The notes under the pieces: generated by a model | Database searches by the model: none | Seen by the model: the letters and a program-made list of their open reading frames with translations, nothing else | Told to the model about the DNA's origin: nothing | NCBI GenBank assembly: GCA_013403005.1 | Contig: JACBOA010000004.1 | Span: forward strand, 48,916 to 112,915 | Source: Methanobacteriaceae archaeon | GTDB lineage: Archaea; Methanobacteriota; Methanobacteria; Methanobacteriales; Methanobacteriaceae | Length of the DNA stretch: 64,000 nucleotides | Direction: 5' to 3' | Part shown: one piece after another, positions 22,891-44,332 of the stretch | Numbering within the stretch: the stretch's first letter is position 1 | Layout: each line of letters opens with the position of its first letter | Program-made: the position numbers and the translations under genes

Positions 22891-23240
22891 AAAAATGAAT
22901 ACAATTGAACACAATTATCTATAAATTCTAACTGTTAAAATCCCTAAGGTTATAATAAACAAGGAATCAATAGGATTATGGACTGAAAACTTATAATAAG
23001 CCAAAAAAGGTTTAAAAATCACGAAAAATCTGATATATCCTTAAAATTGTGCTGTTGATTTTTAGGAGTTTTTATCCTTCTATTTTTCTTTATTTTTAAT
23101 TAAGCGGTTTTAGTTTAAAACCTGCCTTGGATAGTGTTTATTTATTTTAATATCAAAGGTTATTATAGTAAATGAATTCATATTCATTGCATTATTACAT
23201 TGCATTATTATTGCTAGTATCAATCTAATATGGTGATCCT

Positions 23241-23525
23241 ATGAGAAAGCTGCTTTGGTGGTTAATAGCTGGTTCATCTGGTGGGCCTAATCGTGCCCGA
23301 ATAATCCGAGCATTAAACCAAAGACCCTATAATGCTAATCAGCTTTCAGAGGCCTTAAATTTGAATTATAAGACTATAAGACATCACATTAAGGTCTTAG
23401 AAGAGAATAATATTATAACCTCTGCGGGCAAGCAGAAGTATGGTGAAATGTACTTTTTAACGGATAAAATGGAAGAAAATTACGAAACATTTCAGGAGAT
23501 ATGGGAAGAAATAAATATAAATTAA
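23241..23525 (+). CDS. small winged-helix (ArsR-like) transcriptional regulator
   Basis: 94 aa. [42 protein letters not shown] is an HTH. Confidence 0.55.
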   Translation: MRKLLWWLIAGSSGGPNRARIIRALNQRPYNANQLSEALNLNYKTIRHHIKVLEENNIITSAGKQKYGEMYFLTDKMEENYETFQEIWEEININ

Positions 23526-23564
23526 AAAATTTCCTCTGATTAGGAAGTATAAAGGGGTTAAAGC

Positions 23565-23897
23565 ATGGTACTAGCAGAATATGGTCAGTTTGGTGGTTTG
23601 GTAATATTTGTGGCGGTTGCAGTTGGAATTTTAAATGTTTGCCTGCTAATGGGGTTATTATATCTTTACTGGGGAACCTACCGTCAGGTTAAATCCAAAT
23701 TCACCATAGGATTGCTCTATTTTTCCACTTTTCTATTATTTCAGAACATCTTATCTACTATCTTCCTGGCGTTACCTCTATTTGGACAGGTTGAAATTTA
23801 CGGTCCAGAGATAGGTGGGCCCAGATTACCACTATTTTTAATAAACATAGTGCAGTTAATCGCCCTTTCTATACTCTTCAAAATAACCCGAGAATAA
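23565..23897 (+). CDS. small membrane protein (3 predicted TM helices)
   Basis: 110-aa hydrophobic ORF directly after the regulator. Confidence 0.45.
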   Translation: MVLAEYGQFGGLVIFVAVAVGILNVCLLMGLLYLYWGTYRQVKSKFTIGLLYFSTFLLFQNILSTIFLALPLFGQVEIYGPEIGGPRLPLFLINIVQLIALSILFKITRE

Positions 23898-24243
23898 AAT
23901 TCTCTATGAATGGGTAAATATTAAAGGTGAATATTAATGTCTTTGTTAAATTAAAATCCTTTATCTAACACTCCGGCTGAAACTGAAAGGAAGATAAGAG
24001 TTTTCGGGGACCCACTGGATAGAATATGGCAAGATTGTGTTCTTGATTTTTGTGTAATCGAGAATTTCTACCGTAAAATGTTCAGAGTGGTTGTTTTTAG
24101 CACATAGAAGAATGCGAAGCATGGTTAGAAGAGGTTAAAGAAACAATCAACCATTATTTCAAAGAAAAGTTTGAAATTAATTATTTACATTTCATGAATG
24201 TGAACCAGATAAAAGATTACTAAATAGTTTTGGGGGCGAAATA

Positions 24244-25080
24244 TTGAACAAAAGCAAGTTATTAAGAGATTTAATTTTAGATAAAGAAACCCTAATCATG
24301 CCCAATGCCTATGATCCTATAAGTGCCATGATGATCGAGAAATCAGGGTTTAAAGCGGTTCAATGTTCCGGTTACAGCTTTTCTATTCGTGCTGGTTACT
24401 CAAAGGAGAGCGATGTAACTCTGGAAGAGAACCTGGATTGGACCCGTCGAATAGTAAATGCAGTGGATGTGCCAGTGATGGCGGATGCTGAAGATGGATA
24501 TGGTGATGCTGAAACTATCATAGAAACCGTTCAAAGGTTTATGGATACAGGGGTAGCGGGAATGAATATTGAAGACCAGATAATGGGAGGATCAGGCCCT
24601 TTGCAGATTCTCGATGAGGAACTGATGGTGGAGAAGATCATGGTGGCCAGGGAAACTGCTATAGCCGAAGGAAACCCTGATCTGGTTATAAACGGCCGCA
24701 CTGATGCATTGAAATCTACTCCTGACCGGGATGAATCTTTGAATCTTGCCATTGAACGAGCCAATGCTTATCTTGATGCAGGTGCTACCCTTGCATTCAT
24801 AACTTATACTGCAACATTGGACGAAGCAATGACTATTACCCGGGAAGTCAAAGGTCCTGTAACTATTGCCGCGGGAATGCCCTATAACATCCAGAACTTC
24901 AGTATTTCGGATTTGGAAAAAATTGGTGTGGCCAGGATTAGTTTACCCACCTTACTTATGTATTCCAGTTTAAAAGCCATGGAAAAATCTCTTTCGCACG
25001 TCCATGAAGATAACATGGGTGAAATGCTGGAAGAAGATGATTTATTTTCCACTGATAATTTGAATAATTTGTTAAATTAA
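24244..25080 (+). CDS. isocitrate lyase/PEP mutase (ICL/PEPM) superfamily enzyme, specificity unknown
   Basis: PNAYDPISAMMIEKSGFKAVQCSGYS...VMADAEDGYG...GMNIEDQ. Lacks the KRCGH motif of bona fide methylisocitrate lyase or PEP mutase. Only a TTG start is available in the open frame. Confidence 0.7.
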   Translation: MNKSKLLRDLILDKETLIMPNAYDPISAMMIEKSGFKAVQCSGYSFSIRAGYSKESDVTLEENLDWTRRIVNAVDVPVMADAEDGYGDAETIIETVQRFMDTGVAGMNIEDQIMGGSGPLQILDEELMVEKIMVARETAIAEGNPDLVINGRTDALKSTPDRDESLNLAIERANAYLDAGATLAFITYTATLDEAMTITREVKGPVTIAAGMPYNIQNFSISDLEKIGVARISLPTLLMYSSLKAMEKSLSHVHEDNMGEMLEEDDLFSTDNLNNLLN

Positions 25081-25115
25081 TAAATAAAATCAAATGATGA
25101 AAATGGGGGGCTTTA

Positions 25116-25808
25116 ATGATACCATGGGTTATTTTATATAATGCAATGAGTTTAGATGGTAGAATCACAGGTTTCAATGCAGATGTGGAATTATACTATG
25201 AATTAGCAACTGAATTGGATGTTGATGCAGTTTTAATGGGTAGCAATACTGTTTTAACCGGGTTCGGTGTCAAAGCTGGTGAAACTGTAGAAGAAGCTGA
25301 AGATGCCTTCAAACCTAGAAAGAAGGATGCTGCAGATGACCGGCCGTTGCTGGTGGTTCCAGATAGTCGGGGAAAGATTCGTATCTGGAGCGAACTTTTA
25401 AAAATGCCATATATCAAGGATGTGCTGGTTTTATGCAGCCGTTCCACTCCTTCAGAGTATCTGGATTTTCTGGATGAGCGTTATATTGATTATTTGGTGG
25501 TGGGATATCAGCGGGTTGATTTGGAAGCTGCCCTGGATGAACTTAACACCAATTTTGGGGTGAAAAAGTTAAGGGTTGACAGTGGTGGGATTCTTAATGG
25601 TGCTCTGTTGAGGGAGGGTTTGGCTGATGAAGTACATCTATTGATCCATCCTGAGTTGGTAGGTGGCACAACACCCAATTCAATTTTCCAGGCACCGGAT
25701 CTGGAGGAGAATGATGTTCCGATTAAGTTATATTTGGATAATATGGAAAAAGTAAAGGGTGATATCATATATTTGAAGTATAAGGTCTTTAATGAAAAGT
25801 TAAAATAA
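25116..25808 (+). CDS. RibD C-terminal domain / DHFR-like reductase (archaeal diaminoribosylaminopyrimidinone-phosphate reductase-like)
   Basis: ILYNAMSLDGRI...VDAVLMGSNTV...LRVDSGGILNGALLREGLADEVHLLIHPELVGG. Has a ~40-aa insertion relative to the usual domain. Confidence 0.6.
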   Translation: MIPWVILYNAMSLDGRITGFNADVELYYELATELDVDAVLMGSNTVLTGFGVKAGETVEEAEDAFKPRKKDAADDRPLLVVPDSRGKIRIWSELLKMPYIKDVLVLCSRSTPSEYLDFLDERYIDYLVVGYQRVDLEAALDELNTNFGVKKLRVDSGGILNGALLREGLADEVHLLIHPELVGGTTPNSIFQAPDLEENDVPIKLYLDNMEKVKGDIIYLKYKVFNEKLK

Positions 25809-25842
25809 TTAAAGAATATAATATGCTTAATATGGGGTTCAA

Positions 25843-26430
<588 letters not shown>

Positions 26431-26501
26431 TTGGCTGATTATGAATCATTCAGCTATAATATTATTCAGATTATTCAGGTTCATCGTCAGATTATTGATA
26501 G

Positions 26502-26804
26502 GCATTTATTGCCCAAATTTTCAGGGAATTTACCAATGTTGGAATCAGCAACAGTAATTTAAAACCAGAAGATGCAGAGGAAATGGTAATAAAAACACTT
26601 TATGGGACTGCTAAACTTCTATGTGAAGGAAATATGGGTTTTGATGAACTAATTAAGAGAGTAGCTACTAAGGGGGGCATAACTCAGGAGGGGATTAAAG
26701 TTCTGGAGATGAGAACACCTCTGGTGTTTGATGAACTTTTTAAAGCAACCGCTGGAAAAAATGAATACATAAAACGGACCTTGAATGAGGAATGGGTCAA
26801 TTAA
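26502..26804 (+). pseudogene. proC: pyrroline-5-carboxylate reductase (proC) C-terminal dimerisation-domain remnant
   Basis: LYGTAKLLCEGNMGFDELIKRVATKGGITQEGIKVLEMRTPLVFDELFKATAGKNEYI matches the P5CR C-terminal domain (…SPGGTT.AG...LE.GG.R.....A..A). The frame is open only from 26502, and the first ATG is at 26583. The ~170-aa Rossmann domain is missing. Confidence 0.5.
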
Positions 26805-27308
26805 TTACCATTGGTAGCTATTTTTGATATTAAAGAATCTAAAATTCCGATTTTTCACAAAATAAATTAAAAATTATTCTTTATCTCAGTGTCCTATGGC
26901 AGTTTTATAAAGGGCGTAAATTATCACCAGATATGCAACGGATCTTATGATAAGGATGGAAATATTGAGCTTTTCACCCCAAGAATAATTTCTAAATGAG
27001 CTATACCAAATAAACCAAATTTATTGCTACTTAAATGGCGATTAGGCTGTTTTTTCGCGGTATTTTCCTAACCTAAACCAGCTATTCATTATGCAGAAAA
27101 ACAGGTTTAGAATAGTTACCGGATCAAGGACATTTGCCACTATCAAACACCCAATGTAGCTATTTTTATATCAAGTTATGTTGAATAGTTTGTTTATAAC
27201 CTAGGAAGAAGATGTAAAGCAACAAACCATTTATAGTAGTATTAACTAATACATCTCCTAGAACTGGAATAAGGTGCCAGTAATTATCAAAGAATAGGAT
27301 TTGAGAAG

Positions 27309-27689
27309 ATGAAAGTCATAACCTTGTTTGCAATATTGGTGGTGTTGATGATGGGTGTTGTATATGGGGTTATGTTTGCAACTGGGGAAGAAAAGGCAGA
27401 CATGAATGGTGTAATAATTGGAGTTTGCCAGGCCAATCCTCAAAATGAAAATAACACATTTAATGCAATTTTAGTGGAGGGAACAGTTGCTGGTAACAGC
27501 CAAACACACAATTTATCTGTTAGAATAAATAATGACACAGTTATTCTTAAAAAGGATGGGAATAAACGTGAAAATGCATCTTTCACTGACCTCAAGTCAG
27601 GGGGAAAAGTAGCAGTCATGTTCACCGGACCATTCATAAAATCATATCCTCCTCAGACTACAGCTAAACAAATAATCATTCTTCAATAG
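27309..27689 (+). CDS. small secreted/membrane-anchored hypothetical protein
   Basis: N-terminal hydrophobic segment MKVITLFAILVVLMMGVVYGV followed by a polar domain. 126 aa. Confidence 0.45.
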   Translation: MKVITLFAILVVLMMGVVYGVMFATGEEKADMNGVIIGVCQANPQNENNTFNAILVEGTVAGNSQTHNLSVRINNDTVILKKDGNKRENASFTDLKSGGKVAVMFTGPFIKSYPPQTTAKQIIILQ

Positions 27690-27798
27690 CTTAAATCTAA
27701 TTTTAAGTTTTAAAAACATTCATTAACGCAATTGAAGTTATTTTAACAGGTTAATTTTTTCTTCCGTAAGGTTTAAATATTAACAGTGCGCAACGTAA

Positions 27799-27892
<94 letters not shown>

Positions 27893-27917
27893 GGTCATTA
27901 TGAATGGCTATTTGTCA

Positions 27918-28073
<156 letters not shown>

Positions 28074-28181
28074 CTTCTTATTTTATATGGAACGATTTTT
28101 TTTAGATTTAAGGTAACATTCAATAATTATAAAATAATTATAATGTATAAAAAAGGTTTAATCCAATAGGATGGATGTATT

Positions 28182-28802
28182 TTGATAAAAATGGGCGATG
28201 TTATTGTAATTGAGGGGATGGGATACGATTCTAATGTTTACATCTTTGAGGACATCATAGTGGATACAGGAACCGGTCAGAACATGGATTACATCGAGAA
28301 ATCCATTAAAGAAGCAGGCAGCAGTGTGGATGATCTTTCACTCATTGTGAACACTCATAATCATTATGATCACATCGGAGGAAATCAATACCTGGATCTG
28401 GATGTGTCCATGCACACTATTGATGCAGTGGCAATTGAACGAGGTGATCAGGACGCCATACTGGCCCATATGTTCGGAAGATCCATAGAAAAAATGGAAG
28501 TGACTCATAAACTGGATGAAGGCGATAAGATACACGACTTCGAAGTTTTACTAACACCAGGCCATACCTCTGGAAGCATATGTCTATACAATGGTGAAAC
28601 TCTCATCTCAGGGGACACAGTTTTTTCAGGTGGAGGTTTCGGCAGAGTGGATCTGGGTGGTAGTATGGATGAAATGAGGAAATCCTTGGAAAGATTGAGT
28701 AAACTGGACATCAAATATTTACTTCCAGGGCACGGTCCTGCAGTTAACCATGGATCGAGGCATGTTAAACTGGCTTATGAGATTTCTAAAGGATATTATT
28801 AG
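28182..28802 (+). CDS. MBL-fold metallo-hydrolase
   Basis: HxHxDH motif VNTHNHYDHIGGN. Downstream His (TPGHTSGS) and Asp (GDTVF) residues. Confidence 0.75.
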   Translation: MIKMGDVIVIEGMGYDSNVYIFEDIIVDTGTGQNMDYIEKSIKEAGSSVDDLSLIVNTHNHYDHIGGNQYLDLDVSMHTIDAVAIERGDQDAILAHMFGRSIEKMEVTHKLDEGDKIHDFEVLLTPGHTSGSICLYNGETLISGDTVFSGGGFGRVDLGGSMDEMRKSLERLSKLDIKYLLPGHGPAVNHGSRHVKLAYEISKGYY

Positions 28803-28908
28803 TAAAAAATGTATTCTGAAGGTTTTTTCCTTAAGTATTTCTAGTACGGGTATAAATATCCTTAAAATAAATATCCTTAAAACTTCAAATTCAATATAGT
28901 TTCATTTT

Positions 28909-29865
28909 TTATATCTGATTTTCAGATACCAGCACGTTTAACTCCTTTATTCCATAATGAAATCCAATAAAGTCATAATAGGTTATATTCCATCCTCCCT
29001 CCATTTTGGTTACATTGATTGCAGTATATGGTGACGTCCATTTGAATTTCACAACTTCTGGGAGGTTATCCGCATATTTCATGGCTTTTTTTGCTGATTC
29101 ATAGCTCCCATTGTTGATGGTGAGATTATTCAATTCCCTCCAATTAGAGGACTTCTTTTCCAGGGTATTATAGGTGAAAACCTGGTATCTGCCATTTCCA
29201 TCACTTTCTACCATAGTCCAGGTGAAAATATCAGGGGTGGGATAGGCAGTTATATGGGTGTAACTGTTGCTGATGCTCTGGCTCTGAAGGGCATCCATTT
29301 TTTCGCAGGCTCTAATACCTCCCAATGAAATTAACATTATCATAAATGCAGCTAGGGCAATCTTTTTATATTTAAAATCTATGCGGAGGTAAAGTATCAC
29401 CAGAACTGCCAGGGCCACTATGGTTGTGGCCATATCGGTGTAGTAGTATAGGTTGGCAGAAAACCGAGTAAGAGAAAATGGGAATAGGAGTGGTATTCCT
29501 CCAGTGGTTAAAAAGTCCAGGGAAAGATGGGTTAAAACTCCAAAGTATGCTAATCCTAAACTGCGCAAGTTAAATTCTACCTTAACATTTCTTTTTAACA
29601 CATAATTTATCAGACCATGTACCTTTGGCCTTGAAATTATGAAAATAAAAATAATTGCAGTTATAAATCCGAAGATGAAACTGTGGGTTATTCCCCGGTG
29701 GGTGAAAATAAATAGTTCGGGGGCAAGAAATCCTATTGCGAAGATTATAAAATCAAAATCAACAGATATACCTCCGAAAGCGCCTGATAACCTATCTTTT
29801 GTGTCTTTGAATTTTAAAAAGACTAAAATGGCAAAGGGAACAATGAAGTGGGTAAATAGATCCAT
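28909..29865 (-). CDS. membrane-bound metal-dependent hydrolase (YdjM/DUF457-like) with a C-terminal extracytoplasmic domain
   Basis: N-terminus MDLFTHFIVPFAILVFL...HRGITHSF is typical of DUF457. Four TM helices, then a ~130-aa soluble domain. Confidence 0.6.
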   Translation of the reverse strand: MDLFTHFIVPFAILVFLKFKDTKDRLSGAFGGISVDFDFIIFAIGFLAPELFIFTHRGITHSFIFGFITAIIFIFIISRPKVHGLINYVLKRNVKVEFNLRSLGLAYFGVLTHLSLDFLTTGGIPLLFPFSLTRFSANLYYYTDMATTIVALAVLVILYLRIDFKYKKIALAAFMIMLISLGGIRACEKMDALQSQSISNSYTHITAYPTPDIFTWTMVESDGNGRYQVFTYNTLEKKSSNWRELNNLTINNGSYESAKKAMKYADNLPEVVKFKWTSPYTAINVTKMEGGWNITYYDFIGFHYGIKELNVLVSENQI

Positions 29866-29906
29866 GTGAAAACTTCTTTTTAACTGATTATCACTATATT
29901 AAATGT

Positions 29907-31337
29907 TTATCCCTTTAAAGCATCCCATAAACCTTTAAACAAGACTAATGCCGGTATAATTTCAAGTCTGCCTATCCACATATTGAATATTAGGAATATT
30001 TCCGCCACATCAGGCATATTGGCCCCTACAATTCCCATGGAAAGCCCTACATTTCCCTGGGCCGAGGCCACTTCAAAGAGTGAATTGATTCCTCCGTAGC
30101 CATACTGCATTAACACTATCCAGCTAATGAATATAAAGAAAAGGTAAATAAAGGTGTAACTTCCTGCTTCTCTAATCTCAACATCTCCTACGGGTCTTCC
30201 ACTGATTTTGCGAGGAATCACAGATCCCTGGGGGGATAATATCCTCTTAATCTCCCAGTACAATCCTTTAAAAAGGGTCACCACCCTTATGAGCTTTATG
30301 GCTCCGGTGGTGGAACCTGCGGACATACCAATGATCATGGCTACTATGATAATCCCCTTAGCATAGTCAGACCAGTTGATCATGGTGCTGACAGGCTGAA
30401 TACTGGATCCAGTACAACTGAGAGCAGAAACAACAAAGAAAACAGAATCCATAGAGGCAAACTTAGCATTTACTACCAGAAGAATATAAAACACGCTTAT
30501 TATAATGATCATGGCTTGAAACTGGATATCATGGAAAACATCGATGGCACGTCCCTTTAAAGCTTTGTAATGAACCAGGAAGCTGGTACCTCCAATAATC
30601 ATCAGTACCATGGTGATGATGTAAATGGCGGTGCTGTTATAGGCACCAATGTTGTTATTTTTAATGGACATTCCACCGGTGGAAAGGTTGGTAAATGTAT
30701 TGTTTATAGCATCAAAAAGGTTCATTCCGGCTAAAACGTAAAGAAAAATCCCCACAATTGTGTATAAAAGATATATCCACCAGATGGTCTTAACAGTACT
30801 GGCTATACTGGGTTTAATCTTTTCCTCACGTGCTTCAGATTTGTATAAACGTGCCGCGGCAGTTCCTGGCCGGATTAAAATTCCAATTACAACAATGACA
30901 ACTCCTAGACCTCCCACCCACTGTTCAAGGCTTCTTAAAAATAGTATAGATTTGGGTAAGATTTCAACATCAGTATATATGCTGAGACCACTACCACTCC
31001 AGGCAGACATACTTTCAAAATAAGCGTTTAAAAAATCTACATTTGTACCATAAATTAAACAGAAGCTTCCAATGAGCGCAGCCCATAACCAAGCTATGGA
31101 AGCAATTATCATACCATGTTTAAGTTTTAATTGACTGTAGTCTGAGGGTAAACGTCTTAGAATAGAACCCAAAGCAATCGAAAACGCTCCAAAAACTATA
31201 AACTCAATGAAATTAGCTTCCTGATATATAATGGCAATTATTAGCGGTATTAATACCACTGCACCTATGCCTTGCATTATTATGCCCAGAGGATTGGCTA
31301 TCAACATTAAATCTTTCTTGCCAAGATAATTTCTCAT
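29907..31337 (-). CDS. trkH: TrkH/KtrB family cation (K+) transporter
   Basis: 476 aa with many TM helices. Repeated pore-loop-like segments (…SAWSGSGLSIY…, …LSTGGMSI…, …LSCTGSS…, …SAQGNVGLSMG…) fit the four MPM repeats of TrkH. Confidence 0.7.
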   Translation of the reverse strand: MRNYLGKKDLMLIANPLGIIMQGIGAVVLIPLIIAIIYQEANFIEFIVFGAFSIALGSILRRLPSDYSQLKLKHGMIIASIAWLWAALIGSFCLIYGTNVDFLNAYFESMSAWSGSGLSIYTDVEILPKSILFLRSLEQWVGGLGVVIVVIGILIRPGTAAARLYKSEAREEKIKPSIASTVKTIWWIYLLYTIVGIFLYVLAGMNLFDAINNTFTNLSTGGMSIKNNNIGAYNSTAIYIITMVLMIIGGTSFLVHYKALKGRAIDVFHDIQFQAMIIIISVFYILLVVNAKFASMDSVFFVVSALSCTGSSIQPVSTMINWSDYAKGIIIVAMIIGMSAGSTTGAIKLIRVVTLFKGLYWEIKRILSPQGSVIPRKISGRPVGDVEIREAGSYTFIYLFFIFISWIVLMQYGYGGINSLFEVASAQGNVGLSMGIVGANMPDVAEIFLIFNMWIGRLEIIPALVLFKGLWDALKG

Positions 31338-31607
31338 ATAATCAGAAGATAATCAACCTCATATATAAATCTCACTAGGGACTCATTAAAGAATTATTTG
31401 CCATATTAATCTTCTAATATTTAAACAAAGTATTTAATGTACTCTGTGATAGTTTAAAAACATTAAATCAATTTATATAAAAAAAAGATTTAATACCTGG
31501 CTAATATTAACAATTTGATATAACTTTAGAAAAGGAATATATGAGGAGTTTAAAGACCTAAATTAAATTAAAGGTCCATAAAACTCCTTAAATATCATTA
31601 AACTAGT

Positions 31608-32393
31608 TTATTTTTCCTTTTTGTCTAAAATTTCCAGTTCAGACCCCAGGAAGTCTTTAATATCTCGAATACTATTGAGTAGTTGTGCGGGGAATACAAT
31701 GGTGGAGTTTTTCTCTGCAGCGATGTTACTTAAGACTTGCATGATCCTGAGTTGTAGAGCTACCGGATGTTCAGTGATGATGTCTGCAGCCTCTCCCAGT
31801 TTACCCGCAGCAAGGTATTCTCCTTCAGCAGATATGATTTTGGCCCTTTTCTCTCGTTCAGCCTCAGCTTGCAGTGCAATTGCTCTTTGCATGCTATCAG
31901 GTAGTTTAATATCCTTAATTTCAACGGTGGTGACTTTTATTCCCCATGGTTCGCTGTGTCCATCTATAATTTCCTGAATCTTGGTGTTAACTTTGGGGGT
32001 CTCGGATAGAACTTCGTCAAGGGTGAACTGTCCTACAACACTTCTTACAGTGGTCTGGGAAATCTGGTTAACTGCCCTATTGTAATTTTCGATTTCCACC
32101 ACCGCCCGGTAAGCATCCACAACTTTAAAGTAGGCTACCGCAGCAACGTCGATGGTGACATTGTCCTGGGTTATAATCTTCTGAGCCGGGATGGGCATGG
32201 TAACTATCCGTAGGGATGGCTTTACCATCCTGTCAACCAGGGGGATGATTAAGCGTAATCCTGGTTCTTTAACCCCAATTACCTTCCCCAGTCTAAAAAC
32301 AACTCCTCTTTCATACTGATTAACGATTCTTATGGAAAGTCCAAGTATAATCAGCACCACAACTGCGATAATAAGTAAAGTAAATAAATCCAT
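31608..32393 (-). CDS. SPFH/Band 7 (stomatin-prohibitin-like) membrane protein
   Basis: N-terminal TM helix. [33 protein letters not shown] core. Coiled-coil [17 protein letters not shown]. Confidence 0.8.
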   Translation of the reverse strand: MDLFTLLIIAVVVLIILGLSIRIVNQYERGVVFRLGKVIGVKEPGLRLIIPLVDRMVKPSLRIVTMPIPAQKIITQDNVTIDVAAVAYFKVVDAYRAVVEIENYNRAVNQISQTTVRSVVGQFTLDEVLSETPKVNTKIQEIIDGHSEPWGIKVTTVEIKDIKLPDSMQRAIALQAEAEREKRAKIISAEGEYLAAGKLGEAADIITEHPVALQLRIMQVLSNIAAEKNSTIVFPAQLLNSIRDIKDFLGSELEILDKKEK

Positions 32394-32747
32394 CTTTGGA
32401 ACCTCCTTAATTGAATTGGAAAATTATTCCCACAACAAATCCTTGTAATAATATGGGGCATACTGCTTAATAAAATCATAGGAAGCATTTTAAGACAAAT
32501 TTTGGGAAATAAAATCCCTGATAGAGCCATAAAATTTACAGCTAAACAATTTAAACATTTTATCCAATGAATATAACATTATTATGTAATTCAAAATCTA
32601 TTCAAACTTAAATCATAGTTCATAAATTCAAATAATAGTTTAAAACAGGTTATTTTCCTATTAAATTCACTTATGTTGGAAAGTTTATATTCCTTTAGAA
32701 TCTTATATTAGCATGAGGCTGATTTTAGTTTTTGAGGTGCAAATGAT

Positions 32748-33230
32748 ATGATAGGCTTAATGTCCGATAGCCACGACCACATGGATGCAATCAGAAGAGC
32801 AGTGAAAGTTTTTAACAGAACTGGAGTTGACTTGGTGATCCATGCCGGGGATCTGATATCACCTTTCACTGCCAATGAATTTAAAAATCTCCAATCTCCG
32901 CTGGAGGCTATTTATGGTAATAATGATGGAGAAAGGCGCGGATTACAGTTGGCATTCCAAGAATTATGTGTATTGGAAGATTTCAAAGAATTAGAAGTTA
33001 ATGGGAAAAAGATGGCCCTGATACACGGAACAACAGAAGCCGTTGTGGATGCTCTTAAATACAGTGGCAAATATCATGTGGTGATCAGGGGACACACCCA
33101 TAAAATGGATATTAGAGAAGGAAAAACAATGGTCATCAACCCCGGGGAGACATGTGGCTACTTATCTGGTAAAAAGACAGTAGTACTTCTGGATGAGGAG
33201 GATTTAAGTTGGGAAGTGGTTAATCTTTAA
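32748..33230 (+). CDS. metallophosphoesterase, YfcE/MJ0936 family
   Basis: Motifs SDSHD, HAGD, GNND and GHTH in the canonical order. 160 aa. Confidence 0.75.
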   Translation: MIGLMSDSHDHMDAIRRAVKVFNRTGVDLVIHAGDLISPFTANEFKNLQSPLEAIYGNNDGERRGLQLAFQELCVLEDFKELEVNGKKMALIHGTTEAVVDALKYSGKYHVVIRGHTHKMDIREGKTMVINPGETCGYLSGKKTVVLLDEEDLSWEVVNL

Positions 33231-33420
33231 CCAAGACATGTTTTTTTATCTTTTAAAATTATAATTGATTTTAAGTTTTGATTGGACATTTTAGGCATCT
33301 CCAGTACATTATTGAAAATTACATTAGAAAATTTAATATTATTCCCATTACTCAGTATAAAGAGCCATAATCAGTGCCGATAATTATCTCAAGTTAGGTT
33401 TAAAGGGTTGCAGATTTATC

Positions 33421-34437
33421 ATGAAACATAAGACTCTTATTTTAATGTTGGCAGGTTTAGGGGTTCTGGTAGCTATGGTGCTCTTCATCGGACCTCATAA
33501 GATTGAAAATGCAATTAAACTGGCTAACCCCTGGTATCTGGCCCTTGCGGTTCTAATACAACTGGCTATATATGGTATGTGGACTGAAAGATGGGCTTTA
33601 ACCACCTCTTCCCTGGGAATATCTGTTAAACGAAGGCATCTTTTGCCTATGCTTATGGTGGGTCTGGCCATCAACAACCTCACACCCAGTGGTAGGGGTG
33701 GAGGAGAACCAGTCAGAGCATACATCCTGGGAAAATATTCACGTTCACCTACTGAAAACGCTTTTGCAACAGTCATAGCGGATAGGGGTCTTGATACTTT
33801 TCCTTTCATAGCTTTAGCTGTAATAACTATAATTGCCGCTGTTTTGTACCTGAATCTGCCTCAATGGATGGTCCTGCTCCTGGTGATAGGTCTTATAGTT
33901 TTAATTGTGATTTTCTGCCTGGCCCTTTACATGTCAATTAACCGTGAATTCGGAGACAGGGTTATCAGGTTTCTTTTACGAATTTTAAAAAAGATTTCAC
34001 AGAAACAACATGAAAAAATCGAACAAAGGGCCATAAATGCTGTTGAAGGGTTTCAAAATAGTATGAAAGTCATGTTAAGTGATCGGAAAGTATTTTTATA
34101 TGGGATACCCCTCTCTTTTTTCATTTGGGCTCTTGAAATCCTCAGAGTCTACCTAGTTTTCGTTGCACTTAATATTAATGTTCCTCTGGAAATTATTGCT
34201 GCAGTTTTTGTTATTTCAACATTAATAGGGATGATACCCTTACTACCAGGAGGACTGGGGGCAGTGGATGGTATGATGATACTCCTCTACTCCTATGCAG
34301 GTATACCTCCATCAGTGAGTGCAGCTGCTACTATAGTGGAGAGGTTGATATCATTCTGGATGACATCTATTCTGGGGGTGGCTGTCCTACCCTACTTTGG
34401 TGCAGATGCAGTGGAGAAACTTTCCAAAAAACTTTAG
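33421..34437 (+). CDS. lysylphosphatidylglycerol-synthase-TM-like / flippase-like (UPF0104) membrane protein
   Basis: 8 predicted TM helices. Conserved loop [19 protein letters not shown] is typical of this family. Confidence 0.55.
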   Translation: MKHKTLILMLAGLGVLVAMVLFIGPHKIENAIKLANPWYLALAVLIQLAIYGMWTERWALTTSSLGISVKRRHLLPMLMVGLAINNLTPSGRGGGEPVRAYILGKYSRSPTENAFATVIADRGLDTFPFIALAVITIIAAVLYLNLPQWMVLLLVIGLIVLIVIFCLALYMSINREFGDRVIRFLLRILKKISQKQHEKIEQRAINAVEGFQNSMKVMLSDRKVFLYGIPLSFFIWALEILRVYLVFVALNINVPLEIIAAVFVISTLIGMIPLLPGGLGAVDGMMILLYSYAGIPPSVSAAATIVERLISFWMTSILGVAVLPYFGADAVEKLSKKL

Positions 34438-34602
34438 AAAATATCCTGGGAGTTAATGGAATTAGACCTTAAATTTTTTCAGAGCTATTAAACTGATTTT
34501 TTGAGGTTTCATGGCAATTTGAAACATATATTGGTTTAAAAATCTATAAATCGTCTCCAATACCCTAAGAACAAATGGAAAAATATATAAAACCTCCAAC
34601 AC

Positions 34603-35517
<915 letters not shown>

Positions 35518-35622
35518 AGATAAAGATGGATTTTAAGGTTCTCAACTACCTTAATTTCTCTTTTTTTAAATAATTTTTTCTAAAATATCCTATTTATTCT
35601 ATTATATTTTATTCGTGGTTTG

Positions 35623-37551
<1,929 letters not shown>

Positions 37552-37647
37552 ATCATCACCATGAGGCTAGCATTTATTTCCATACTATCGTTTTTCATAT
37601 ATTCTATCAAATAAGGAAAATGTTCGGTAAACATTGGGGGGGCATGG

Positions 37648-39156
<1,509 letters not shown>

Positions 39157-39454
39157 TGACCAATGGTAAATTTCATTTCGAATCAATTTTTTATTTGGTT
39201 CTATGGTTTTGCAATAGAAACATGGTTAACTGAATTATCCTGATTATTATAACCCCCATTTGCTGTTATCAACGCGGGTTAGTACATAATGTTGGATTTG
39301 AGAAATTACTAAAAAATCAGATATTAAATTATTAAATCTCGGTGATTATTTTTTTGTAACAATAAATGAGTATAAAAAACTGGTTTAAACTGGTTTAAAA
39401 AAAGAAGTTATGTGGATAATAAATCCACATTTGTCTCAATTTTTGGGTTGAATT

Positions 39455-42404
<2,950 letters not shown>

Positions 42405-42413
42405 CTGAACAGA

Positions 42414-43745
<1,332 letters not shown>

Positions 43746-43773
43746 AACATTTACACCTCTTTAATTTTTTAAG

Positions 43774-43806
<33 letters not shown>

Positions 43807-43842
43807 CTTCGAATCTGTAGGGGGAACGTGATTGATGATCCA

Positions 43843-43886
43843 GACTTTTTTCATTCATTTTCATTTTTCATTAATTTTTCATTCTT
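43843..43886. repeat. four closely spaced copies of TTTTCATT (AATGAAAA on the mrt coding strand) in the mrt operon upstream region
   Basis: tttTTCATTcaTTTTCATTTTTCATTaatTTTTCATTc, read directly. An imperfect 11-bp hairpin (GAAGAAGAGAC/GTCTCTCTTCG) lies at 43779-43811 between the repeats and the mrtB start. Confidence 0.5.
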
Positions 43887-44332
43887 CCAGTCTAGACCGA
43901 TGGTGAATATGTAACCATAAGTGATAATATTACTTTAAGTGATAAAATAACCTATAATAATTTAATGACTATTGGTTAGTTAGTAACCAGTAGTAGAACA
44001 CTTATAATTGTTTCGATCTGATTTTTTTGCAAAACATTATAAGGGTACATTTTAAAAAACACCAAAAAATCAAAAAAAGAATTAAAAAAACAAGAAAATT
44101 TATTTAATTGTTTAATGGCATTAATTTTCAGATTAAATCGATTAAAATCAACCACGAGGCTATTATTAGCATATCATTAATAAAAAAATGAGAAATAGTA
44201 GTTTAAATATATTTAAAAGGTCTTGAGAAATCACGGCTGAATTTTAACCTTGAAAGTAAGTGATAATTAAAGCGTCAATATCTGATTCTTTTCCATATGG
44301 ATTTTCCATATGCATGCCACTTAACTTCATGG

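Noticed and set aside
23900-24243. Possible riboswitch or ncRNA in the 344-bp gap upstream of the ICL/PEPM-family gene
   Set aside because: Only weak, short complementary segments (CCGGC…TCGGG). I could not fold it into any riboswitch class by eye. Left unannotated.
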